A stretch of 64,000 nt of DNA, from assembly GCA_038087875.1 (NCBI GenBank), contig JAXLNO010000146.1, forward strand, positions 62,001-126,000. The letters run 5' to 3'. Shown one piece after another: positions 23,601 through 35,611 of this stretch. Made by a program: the position numbers and the translations under genes. The notes under the pieces were generated by a model. That model worked only from the letters and a program-made list of their open reading frames with translations, was not told the origin of the DNA and searched no databases. The number at the start of each line of letters is the position of its first letter. Positions within the stretch are counted from its first letter, which is position 1. Source of the DNA: Malacoraja senta (lineage: Eukaryota).

Positions 23601-25375
23601 GAACTGTGGTTACTTGTCCCAAAAGGCTCCTCCACACACAGTTCATTAACTTGCCCTTACCAATTTCCCAATTCTAGATCCGGCGTTGCCCTCTCACATG
23701 TGGAGCCTCCACATACTGTTTAAGAAAACTCTCCTGAATACTTTGGAAGAATTGCACCCCGTCTAAACCCTTCACGCTATGATTTTCCCAGTCTATATTG
23801 GGAAAGTTGATATCCCCTACTACAACAACCTTATTTGACCTGCAGCTGTCTGCAATCTCCCGGCAAATTTGCTCTTCTAATTCCTGTTGACTATTTGGGG
23901 GTCTGTAGTACACCCCCAACAAGGTTGACCAGGGGGGATAGGATGTAGTCGAGGTATGTGGAAATTAATTCGGTGGGACATGAACAAGCAGAAACAATGG
24001 GTCTGCCAGGACAGTTCTGTTTGTGGATTTTGGGGAGAAGATAAAATCGGGCCGTGTGGGGCTGGGAAACGATAAGGTTGGAGGCTTTAGAGGGCAGAGA
24101 GCTGGAAGTGATGAAATCAGTAATGGTGCTTGAGATTAAGGCCTGATGCTCGTCTGTGGGGTGATGGTCCAAGGATAATTAGGAGGAGGTGTCTGAGAGT
24201 TGTCCCTGGCCTCAGTCCGGTAGTGGTCAGCGCGCCAGACTACCACAGCACCTCCCTTGTCGGCGGGTTTGATTATCCAGTCTGGGTTGCTGCAGAGTGA
24301 GCTGAGGGCTGTACCTTCAGGGGGGGAGAGATTAGAGTGAGAAAGGGGAGTAGAAAATTTGAGGTGGTTGATGTCCCGCCGGCAGTTGGAAAGGAAAAGG
24401 TCTAAAGAAGGTAGAGTGACATCGGGGGGACGTCCAAGAGGAGGGGATTCATTGGAGATGGGAGAAGGGGTCATCACTGGGTGGTGAGGATTACCCATAG
24501 GAAAAGGCCTGGAGGCGGAGGCGACGGAAGAAGAGCTCTACATCGTGGCAGACCCGGAACTCGTTGAGGTGGGGGCAGAGGGGAACAAAGGTGAGGCCTC
24601 TGCTGAGGACCGACTGTTCCGTATCAGAAACGGGGAGGTCAGGGGGGATGGTGAACACACGGCAAGGGTGGGTCGGATGAGGGCCGGTGAGTAGATGGAG
24701 GCCAAGGCGATGTCTGGTTTGGGGGATGGTGGGTGTTCAGAGAGGACGGGGCAAGAGGACTATAGTGTGGGTGGGGAGTAGCTGAGGTCACCTGGCTAAA
24801 AGGGGAAGGGGAAAACCCAGTGGAACCCCCGCTGAGGTTCCCTGTAGGAAGGGGAAGAGCAGCAATACCCAGCGCAGTCAGGCCCCGTGGTGTGGGAGTC
24901 TGCATCATGGAGACTGTGGTCCTGGTGCTGAGCCTGGGACTCAGGTAAGGCGACGGCTGCGGCCCACTGTTGGGCGGTGGAATAACGACGGTCGGCAGAG
25001 TTGCTGGTGGAGGCCCACGGGGAGTTAAGTCCGGGTCAGCAGACGAAGAGTCGGTAGTCCCGGTCAGCGGATGGCCAGGGAGGCAGCGATGTTCGGTGTC
25101 ATCGGTGAGGTAGTAAAGGTCGGCGGTCCCGGTGATGAGGTGAATGTCGGCACCAGTGGCAGTTGTGGCCCCGGGGAGGCAGTGAAGGTCGGCGGCAGCG
25201 ACCCCGGGGAGGTGGTGAAGGTTGATGACGGCGGCATCTTCAGTGGTCCGGGCCTGGGATGGGCCAGTCTAGAGGCGAGCAAGTTTGCGATCCTTTGTGG
25301 AGTCCAGGTAGGAAAGGAAGCGTTTGTTGAGTCAGGTAGGAAAGGAAGTGTTTGTTGAGTAGGTTGGAAAGGTGC
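20672..25375 (-). mobile_element. Penelope-like element (RT; probably Neptune-type) split by a CR1 insertion
   Basis: IIKPADKGGAVVVW, RFYLLPKIHK, GRPIVSAC, FTMDVQSL, NNFSF, SYACLF and YKPTDS..SSHP..SIPYSQF. Pro-rich N-terminal region. Confidence 0.88.
21422..23926 (-). mobile_element. CR1 (HER1-like) LINE, 5'-truncated
   Basis: GVYYRPP, RPVSLTSVVGK, SQHGF, YMDFSKAFD, QGSVLGP, KFADD, LERVQKRFTRM. Short direct repeat GACCA (21417-21421 / 23927-23931) and a CTCTAT-type tail. Confidence 0.92.
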
Positions 25376-26274
25376 TGATCTTCTCTCTGCATATTCATTA
25401 CAATCTCTTCTTTGTTCAATCATCTGGTACAGTTCCCGGAACAGAAGAACCACCAACATGTGTGCCGACAAACAGGTGCCATGGGGTAACATCCTTGGAT
25501 TATCTGAAAAACAAAGTAATAACTGCTCTTATGTTCAGTAAAATATCTTATTCGTGCTGTGTAAGTTTTCCAGAATGTAAACAGACAGACACTGACTGTC
25601 CCTGTATTGAGACCCAATTCCATCCGCAAGAATTTCCGCCATTTGCAGAGGGCTACTTGAGTAGTGTTCCCATACTTTGCCACCCCTCGACATTTTGGAA
25701 GATGTAGCGTGAAGTTGGTGTTATTAGAATTCATCATCATATTGCTGGTCAGAGGCACCAGCAGTGTCCCTGACTTCACACATCCTGCAAGAGACACACT
25801 GCAAAGAACTGCCTGCCATTACCACTGCAGCCAAATTACCAATTAAATAACAAGACACACGCACAGAATTGATTGAAACTTATTCCCCTAACTGCTGCTG
25901 AAAGCCTCCTCACTGAAGACTATCGAGCCAAAGACTCGCACTATATTTAATTACAGTCTGAAGAAGGGTCTCGACTCGAAACACAACAATTCCTATCCTG
26001 AGATGCTGCCTGACTAACTGAGTTGTCTATCTTCATGCACTTTCTAAGGTTTAACGCGGCTCATACACAAAGTCATTATCCTCCTACACTACTATGCCAG
26101 TGGTCTAGGCCCAGTATTGGTGGTCACTGTGATTTTTGCATATATCGGTCTATTGCCTCTGATTCTTCCACTCTTATTTTGATCTTGATATTGAGTCAGT
26201 TATGGATCTGAAACAAAAGCTTTACAGTGTACATCGGTACACGTGACAATAAACAAAGCTCTTGTGCTCCAAAA

Positions 26275-26760
26275 TCGCAGCCTTCTGGCTCTTTTGACAA
26301 AACCAAAGTACTCCACATCCCGTCCTTTTGACTCTAATCTTACTTGCTCAGTCAGATGTTGGTATTTCTGACTCATCTCTTGCCTGGACTTGGTGAGAGA
26401 TTGGTTGTTGTTTTCAAACCTGTTGGTGACATCATCGACAGCAACTGACTGGCCTTTCACAAATACCAAATCCGGCTTCCAGAGTGCACCTTCATCAGAT
26501 CTTTGGTGTTGCTCAACAGTGGTAGACCAACCATATTTTCTCACTTTTTCCTTGGGACACCCCGCTATTTAATTGTGTCTATTCTGGCATTTTTCGCACT
26601 GGGGCACTGACCGGAGATATGTGCCAACGTTTCTCTGGACTCTTCACACCTCCTGCACATTTTGATGGCTTGAGATCTTCCATGGCTTGTGGTGCATCTT
26701 GTTGGATACAGATTGCAACTTAGCAAGAGACCGTTAATGTACTGGTTTGCCTCTCTACTC
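26275..26760 (-). mobile_element. R2-like restriction-like endonuclease (CCHC plus PD..D) fragment
   Basis: CRRCEESRETLAHISGQCP..ARI/RHN (frameshifted), then LWKPDLVFVK..DVT.RFE..KYQHL. Confidence 0.78.
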
Positions 26761-28370
26761 ATTCAAGCAGGCTGGAGAGGCATTCTTAGGCACTGGTACA
26801 ATGTTGGATCTTTTGAAGCAGGCAGGGACCACGGACTTGGCAAGGGAGAGGTTGAATATTGTGGTGAGCACTGGAGCAAATTGATTAGCACAAGACTTTA
26901 GTACTCGCCCAGATATAACATCTGGGCCTACAGCTTTCCACGTGTTCACACGCGCCAGAGCCCACCTCACGTTGTGCTTGGACACCGAGAATGTGTGCAC
27001 ATCCGCAGCGGTGCACCTCCTTCCAACCTCGCTAGCCTGCGCGCTGGCGGTGTTGTTGTGATCAGCGAAGGAGGTGCTGGCACTCCCAGTTGAGGGGAGG
27101 CTGCTCTGGTAGTTAGTTATAGTCCATAGCCCCTGCCAAAGGCGTCTGATGTCCCGCTGCTCCATCTGCGACTTCATCCTGTCCCTGTACCTCCTTTTTG
27201 CGTACTTCACCGCCCTTCGCAGTCTGTACGACTCTACCTTGTAGTCGTCCATATTGCCAGGCTGGAGTTGTAAGCAGCGGTGCGAGCATTCAAGGCAACG
27301 CGATTGGACCTGTCCACCTAGGGGTTTTGATTAGGAAAGATGCTAACCCTTACCGTGGGGATGATGTTATCGGCTATTGTTGCAATGAAGTTCGTGACCG
27401 CTTCCACAAACTCACTCACGTCTCTGGAACTTGATTGGAACATATTTAAGTCGACATCGGTCAGTGCATCCTGCAGCATTGCCTCTGAATGGTCGGACCA
27501 CCGCTTTACGTCCCTCGTCACTGCTGCTTCCCGAACTATCCATTGTTTATACTCCGGCAGCAGGAAAATGACAGCGTGTTCAGATTTTCCAAAATGAGGA
27601 AGAGAAACGGCCTTGTAGCCTTTCCTGAACGCTGTGTAGCAGTGGTTCAAAGTTCTTTCCCCCCTGGTGGTGTGTTGGCAGAAGTTAGGCATAACCTTTT
27701 TGAGATTTGCCTTATTAAAATTCCCAGTCACCACCATAGCTGCATCAGGCTTCTTGTTCTGATGCTGACATAACACATCGTGTAGGGCCGATAGTGTCAC
27801 GTCGGTGTATGCATGTAGTGGTATGTAGATGGCTGTGATGATCACTGAGCTGAGCTCCCGGGGAAGGTAGAATGGGCAGCATGAGATCGTCAGGTGCTCC
27901 AGGTCCGGCGAGCAGAAACGAGAATGCATCTTAATATTCCTAGGGTTGCACCAGTTATTGTTGGTCATGAAGCAAACTCCTCCACCCTTTGATTTCCCAG
28001 ATTCTTACGTTCTGTCCGCACGGAAAACAGAGAAGGACTCGGTTGGGCAAATTACTTAATCCGGCACCAGCGAGGTCAGCCATGCCTCGGTCAGACAGAA
28101 GATGTTGCAGTCTCTTGTGTCCTGCTGGAATCTAATCCTCGCCCTGAGGTCATCCATCTTGTTCTCCATGGACTGGACGTTAGCCAGAAGGCTGCTGGGC
28201 AGAGGTGGACGGAAGGCTTGGGCTCTTAGCTTATTCCGATTCCCCGCCCCCCCCCCCTGCTTACGTCGATGTTCTCTCTGACTTTTTCCCGGAGCCGTGC
28301 TCCCATTGTTGCTGCGGTGCGCTCTTGTGATCTCTGCCGGCCACGCTGGATCGGTGAGTAAAGTGTCTTA
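26761..28370 (-). mobile_element. Rex1/Babar LINE 5' portion (endonuclease to RT start), 3'-truncated
   Basis: LLANVQSMENK, CPFYLPREL..AIYIP, GKSEH, KAVGPD.ISGRVLKSCA and IVPVPK. Confidence 0.88.
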
Positions 28371-29078
28371 AAAGCCTTGAGTTCCTCCAGCACTGATTTT
28401 TGCTCAAGGTTCCAGCATCTGCAGAATCTCGTGTCTCAGTCACTGCTCTGTTTTCAACTTTTCCCTTTTACTCGCTTCCTTTTTGCTTTTTGTTACTATT
28501 GCTCCCATTTTACTTTGGTTTGTCTCTCTTCTTTCTCACTTTATCTTCCATATGTCTCTCATCCTACACTCCCACAACCTCTGCAGTCTTTATTGCTGTT
28601 TAAGGTGACAGGCGATTGTTTTTTTACTGATCGCAGTTTGTTTTACACAAAATTAATATTAATCCATTATTTACAAAAATTATATGTGCAGTACAAAAAT
28701 CAAACATACCCACCACCATAATACATAGTAACGCAAATATTATTATTTTTATTTTTTTATTTTATTTTATTAGAAGTTAATACAGTACAAAACAATACAG
28801 TGGTACCTAATTTTAGGTGCCAACTATGTCATAACGTAATACATTCTATGTACAACCTCTAGTTTTATGTTTTTGAAAAGGAAGTAAAAAAACCAAAAAA
28901 TAGAGAGAAGAAAAAGAGGAAAAATAGATAGTAGAAAATAGAAAAACGTGAAGTGTGTGTATAAGAAAAGAAAAAGTAGAAAGTAGAAATAGGAGAAAAA
29001 GACCCTTAAAAAAGAAATTTTCAAATCTTTGTTCGGAGATGTAAATCTATCCACGACTTGACCTGAAATCAGTAATCT

Positions 29079-32000
29079 TTACGGTACTGCTGCATCACAT
29101 GATTCCAAAAAGTCGATGAAAGGGGACCAACTCCTTAAGAATTGGTCATATTTATCTATTAGGCGGAGTCTCATTTCTTCAAGGTGTGCTATGTCCGTCA
29201 TATTCCTAATCCACATTTTAATAGTTGGTATAGCTGTATTTTTCCAAAATTTAAGTATCAATTTCTTTCCAATTATTAATCCATAATTAAAGAATACTTT
29301 TTGGTCTTTGTTTAAATTGATATCTTCTACTATTATTCCAAATATAATCCATTCCGTATTAGGTTCTATTCTTGACTTGAAGAGCTTTGCAAATATATCA
29401 AATATATCGCTCCAAAATGTATTCAACTTTGTACATCCTACGAATGAATGTGTTATCTTGGCATTTTGAAACAAACATTTATCGCATCTGGGAGAGACGT
29501 TTGGGTAGAATTTATTCAACCTCGTTTTTGAATAATATAGTCTATGTAATAATTTAAATTGAATTAAATTATGTCTTGCATTAATGGAACAATTATCTGT
29601 GTTCATCAGGTACTTTTCCCATCTATCTTTCGGGATCTTTATCATTAGTTCATGTTCCCAATCTTCTCAGAGGGTAATTCTCTATTTAATATACTATTAA
29701 AAAAATATGATATTAGTTTTTGGGAATCAGCCTTAATATTCATTGCTTCTTCTAAAGGGTCTAAAAATATAGTTTGAAATCTATGTATATATTTCTTCAT
29801 AAAGTCACATATCTGTATATATTTAAAATATTGATTATCATTCAGTTTAAATTTTGATTTTAATTGTTGAAATGATAACAATTTGCCCAATTCATACATA
29901 TCTCCTACTTTCCTAATCCCCAGTCTATCCCATTGTTTATATGTTTTGTCGATAAGAAATGGTTTGAATGCAGGATTGTTCAATATTGGGGTTAGTACTG
30001 ATAGATTATTTAATTTCAAGGATAATTTTATTTGTTTCCAGATTCTTGTTGCATTGTGAATAATTGGGTTCTTCTTATATATTATACTATTCAATTTTAT
30101 CGGTGAGAACAAGATCGTTCCTATATGGTACGGGAAACACTCCTCTTTCTCCATTCTTATCCACTCCGACTGGTGAGTGGAACTATCCAACCAGTACATT
30201 ATGTTCTTAATATGCACTGCCCAGTAGTAATACGTAAAGTTAGGTAATGATAAACCCCCAACTTCTTTAGGTTAACACAAATGCATTCGTTGAATTCTGT
30301 GTGCTCTATAATCCCATATAAAATTAGTGATATTAGAATCTAGTTTTTTGAAAAAATATTTTGGAATATATATTGGGATCGCTTAAAACAAATATATTAA
30401 TTGTGGTAAGAAAGTCATTTTTATAGCGTTAATTCTACCTATCAATGAGAACGGGAGCATTTTCCAAAATTTAATCATAACATTCAGTTTATTTAATAGT
30501 GGCATAAAATTGGTGCTAAATAATGATTTGTGTTCTCGTAATTTGAATACCCAAATATTTGAATTTTTGTGTTGCAATTTTGAAAGGGAATTTTAATAAG
30601 TGTCTCGCATCCTGTGGTTTTAAAGACATAATTTCACTTTTATTCCAATTTATTCTATATCCTGAAAAAGAACCAAATTCCTCAATTAGTGTTAATAAGG
30701 TGGGGATACTCGTTTGTGTATTAGTAATATATAAAAGAATATCATCAGCATATAATGAAATTTTATTCTTTGAGTCCTTAGTATTATATCCGTGAATATT
30801 CGGATGATTTCTAATCCTTTCAGCCAGCGGTTCTATCATAAGGGCAAATAGCAATGGTGATAAGGCACAACCCTGCCTATTACCCCTTGATAAATACAAT
30901 TTTGGAGATAACAAATTATTAGTTCATATTCTTGCCGTAGGTTTATCATAAAGTAGTTTAACCCATCTAATAAAATTCTCTCCCGTATTAAATTTTTGGA
31001 GTACCTTATATAAATACTGCCATTCTACTTGATCAAATGCCTTCTCTGCATCCAGCGTAACGACTGAAATATCTTCAATGTCCTCTTTGTGAGAGTACAT
31101 TATATTGAAAAGCCTTCTCAAGTTATTAAATGATTGTCTTTTGGGTATAAATCCCGTTTGATCCGGGTTTACCAATTTGTTAATATAATTATTCAGTCTT
31201 CTTGCTAGAATCTTTGCTAAGATTTTCTGATCCGTATTTAGAAGTGATATTGCTCTGTAAGAACCCGGTTCATCTAAATCTTTATCTTTTTTTGGTATAA
31301 GCGTTATTGTTGATTCTGCTAAAGTTTCTGGTAGTTTATTTTCGGTATAAGCCTGCGTGTATAAGTTGAGTAATCTTGGTACAAGTGACTCCTGAAATCG
31401 TTTATAAAATTCATTACTAAAACCATCTGGTCCTGGGGTCTTCCCATTTTTCAATGAGTTTATTATTTGTTTTATTTCTTCACTAGTAATCCGTGCTCCT
31501 AATTCCTCTTGTTCTAAACTATCCAATTTAGGGAGGTTGCAATTATCTAAAAAATTTGTAATTTTACTATCATCTGTATTTATTTTAGTTGTGTATAAAT
31601 TATGATAAAATTGGGCAAAACTTTTCTTAATATCCTTTGGTAGTGTTAGAAGCTCACCCTTATCAGATTTAATTTTAGTGATAGTATTTTCCTTTTCTTG
31701 TTGCTTCAGTTGTCTCGCTAATAATTTATGTGGCTTATCCCCAAATTTGAAGTGTGCCTGTTTTGTAATTTGGAATAGTCTTATTACTCTTGCCGATAAT
31801 ATTCTATTGAGATTATATTTCAATAAGGTTATCTTATTATGTTTATCTATGGTTGGGTCACTTGCATTGTCCAGTTCTAGTGATTTTATTTCCTGTTCTA
31901 TCCTCTGAAGTTCTCTTTTATTTTCTTTATTTTTAAAACTTTGATAAGAGATTATAGCACCGCGAATGTATGCCTTAAAGGTTTCCCATAATAGCGATGC

Positions 32001-32872
32001 AGAAATACCCGGCGTCTCATTTATCTCGAAAAAAATGTTTGTTTGTTCTTTTATATACTCATAACCCTGCGGGTTATTTAATATTTGTGCGTTGAATCTC
32101 CAAAAAGGTTTTATACCCGACATTCCCTCTATTTTAAGTATAAAAGTCAGTGGTGAATGATCGGAAATAATACTATTATGGTATGATGGTTTAATCGTAT
32201 ACGGGATTAATTTTGTATCCAATAAGAAATAGTCAATTCGTGAATAGGTTTTATGAGCCGATGAGTAAAATGAATATTCCCTTCCAATTGGGTTTGCTAT
32301 TCTCCAAACATCAGTTATGTTATTATTTTTTATATAAGTATTTAAAAATTCACAGGTCTTAGTTTTAACAAGACGCTTCCCTACCTTTATTGATTTATCT
32401 AAATATGGGTCTATAACACAATTAAAATCTCCCCCATTATTATATTTTGATAATTATGCTCTGCAATTATATCTACTATTTTCTTTAAAAATTGGGGGTT
32501 ATCAAAATTAGGCGCATAAATATTTATCATAGTTAATGGTGTATTATAAATTTCTCCCGTGACTATAACGTATCTTCCCTCTTTATCAGATATGGACTTC
32601 TTTAAATTAAATGGTATACCTTTCCGAATTATAATGGCCGTGCCTCTTGCTTTAGAAGTGAATGCGGAGTAGTAGGTTTGACCTATCCAGTTTGCCCTTA
32701 ATCTGATCTGAGTTTGTTGTTTCAAATGCGTTTCTTGTAGGAACGCAATATCCACGTTTAATGATTTTAATTGAGCCAGAATTTTACACCTCTTGATCGG
32801 CTCATTCGCACCTCTAATGTACCAACTACAGAGAGTGAGACCTCCGATATTTATTCGACTATTATCTTGCAT
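29079..32872 (-). pseudogene. L1 ORF2p copy B (EN-RT-CCHC), several frameshifts and stops
   Basis: FLQETH, NIYAPN, SDHSPL, GKTPGPDG, YRAISLLN, LDAEKAFD, RQGCALSP, LYADD and CDKC..HSFVGC. Confidence 0.94.
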
Positions 32873-33797
32873 TGGCTATTATTACCAGAATGTATGATTC
32901 ATGTGATGCAGCCAAGTACCTCGAAATCCCGAGTCCAGGGTTGTCTTTCATAATTTCTGCCCTAGTTTTACATCTCCTAGCACTATTAAACATAATTAAG
33001 GGAAAGAGAAAAACATAAAATTAAGTGTTCATAAAGATTGTTAAATCATACAACTCATAATAGTGAATAAACAAAAAAAGTGAGTGTAAGTTATCAAAAA
33101 AGCGATATCTTACAAAAAAGCCACTTATGGTGGCTAAGATTAATTTTAAATTGACCTCCGTCGATGGAATTATGCACTGGGCTTTGCCCCCCTGGTAAAA
33201 TATCATCCAACGTTAGTCGGTTTCCTCCACTTATAACCAAAATTATCATGTCAGATCGATTAATAGCTAAAAATTTAAAATAAAATAGAAAAAAAAGCTA
33301 GAAGATTTAAAATAAAATAAAATAGAATTATTATGGGTTAAAGTACCTCGTCATTAATCACACTTTTCATTAGCCTGTATGTTAGTTAATTCATAATTGG
33401 TATTTAGAATATCTGTCTAACCTCCCCCATCCTTCCTACTATATAGTTAGTCATGTTAGTATAATACATTAAACCTTTAGCGTTAAGTTTATTGCGTATA
33501 TATAGTTAATTAGTTAGTTAGTTATATGCTGTATATGTAAATAATAGATCATATAGTACTGAGACTAAAGGCAGACCATCAAAACTGTTTTAAATTTAAA
33601 AAAAAAACAGTAATAATAATCAGGGCTGAAAAACGTGGCGCAGAGCCTGCAACCTTGAACATTCCATCTGTTGAGCTTCAGTTTTTCAGTTCAAGATGAA
33701 ATTAGGACTGTTATTAAAAAACACATTCTTGCCAGATAAGTCTGTCTGAGAACCGTCTGAACAATTCTAGTGTCTTGTTTGAAACGAAAAAACAAGT

Positions 33798-34932
33798 TCA
33801 GCAAGCGTAATGTCTTGTTATTCCGTTATTCCTTGAATTGTATTTAAAAATCTCCTGGGCATATTTGCAAGCTGAATCCGGATCCGTGAATGAACGTTGC
33901 TTAGCACTGTACGTAATTAACATTTTAGCTGGGTAGATAACGCCGTAACGAACTTCAGAATGTCCTTGTAAAATACTGCTTGCACTTTTAAACTGGCGTC
34001 TTTTTGCAAGTATTTTCCGAGGGTAGTCTCTGTAAAATCTAACAATATTATCAGCAAATTTAAGATTTTCTCCATAGGATATCTTCTTTAATAAATTTTC
34101 CAAAGTTGAAATGTCTAAGAACTTTACGATAATTTGACGTGGTGGAGCATTCGCTCCTCTTTGGAAGCGACCAACACGATGAGCCACATCTATCTTTGGT
34201 TTTTCTGGCTGTTTGAAAACATCTTTAAGTAAATTAGTGATAAAATCACACATTTGAGAGCCGTGCTCTGCCCCCTCTTTAACTCCTATTATTCTCAAAT
34301 TCTGCCTCCATGACCTGGCTTCCAAATCTTGACATTTCTCATTCAGTTTATTCGTCAGCTCCCAATTCGCGTCGTGTTCTTTTTTCAAACCTGTTATTTC
34401 CTGGCCCATCTGCTGCATTTCACCCTCCATCTCTTCCATTAATTTTTCCGCCTTTGTTAATTGCTTCAGCAGGGAGTCATGTTTATTGTTATAATCTCTC
34501 TGCATTGTTTCCAATTCCTTAGCAGTCCTCGACTCCAAATCTATGAACTGCTGGTTCAGGGATACGTAAAGTTCCTTTAATTCTCCACAACTAGTGTCAA
34601 TTGTCTTAGGGAGATTATCCTCCATTGTAGAAAAATTATTCTGCATTATAGAATTCATTTTAGCAAATTGCTTCTGAAGATCTTTAGTAATGTCTTTAGT
34701 AATAATAACTCTTACCGTTTCTTCCCAGCTTTTCATTTCTTTCTCCCTTTCTTTTAACTCTTTTGTTTCAGCTTCTTGCAGCCATTTCGACTGTTGATTG
34801 TTGAGACTCCAGCTCCTCTTCCAAACTTTCAAAAGTGAATTCAGGAGTGGTTTCAAGCTCATCCATAGCTTTTTGGAGCTGGAGACTGATTGTAGTCTTC
34901 TTGGGTCCTCTCTGACCTCTTCCCTTTTTCAT
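33798..34932 (-). pseudogene. L1 ORF1p copy B (frameshift near the N-terminus)
   Basis: DLEARSWRQNLRIIGVKE, IDVAHRVG, PRQIIVKF, FYRDYP. Clear paralogue of 13756-14832. Confidence 0.9.
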
Positions 34933-35611
34933 CCGATTTTTACCGGTAAAATTGTTTAAAATCCCGATTCCACCGGCACCGTCTGATGACGTCAGTACCC
35001 ACGAGGTTCAGCAATCCCGGTAAGAGTTTTTAAGTCGATCCTGGCGTAGGAACCGACTTTAAACACGATTTGTCGGGAGCAGAGCTCTGTGCAGCTGTCT
35101 TCACTGCTTCATAGCAGCCACCGGAAGTCACGCATATATTCTTAAATACTAAATATGAAATTACTATTTCCCCATCCTTATTTTTTTCAGTTATCATTGC
35201 TCATGAAATATGTAATTTAGTCTGCACATGCTAAAAAAAAATGTAGGCTCTACAATAAATAAACTATCGTGGAAGGCCGAAGTCTGATTAAAATATATAT
35301 AGCCAGGCCCGAGGTGGCTGGGAGGGGTGGAAAATCAAGGAAGGAGCTGATTAAGAGTGTGAAAACCCTTTTTCCCCTTATTGAATGTAGAAATACCCAA
35401 TGCAGGAGATCAGGGGAGGGGTTGTTACACTTATTACCCCCCCCCCCCCTCCCATCCTGCAAACCTGGCTGTGGCTTATAGAAATTTAAAAGTACTCTTG
35501 CTCTCTTGAGGTAGAACTGCATACTGAACTGTCCAAGTAGAGAGGCAATAAATTATTTAAGTGGGCCGGGGGCAGTTGTTCTTTGCCCACCCCCCCCCCC
35601 TCCCTGGGGAG

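Larger units (their letters stand above)
28742..35129 (-). mobile_element. Full-length L1-clade LINE copy B (6.4 kb)
   Basis: TSD ACGCA(A/T)ATATT (28731-28741 / 35130-35140). A-rich tail at 28742-28772. ORF1, ~0.9-kb spacer, then ORF2 EN-RT-CCHC. Confidence 0.95.
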
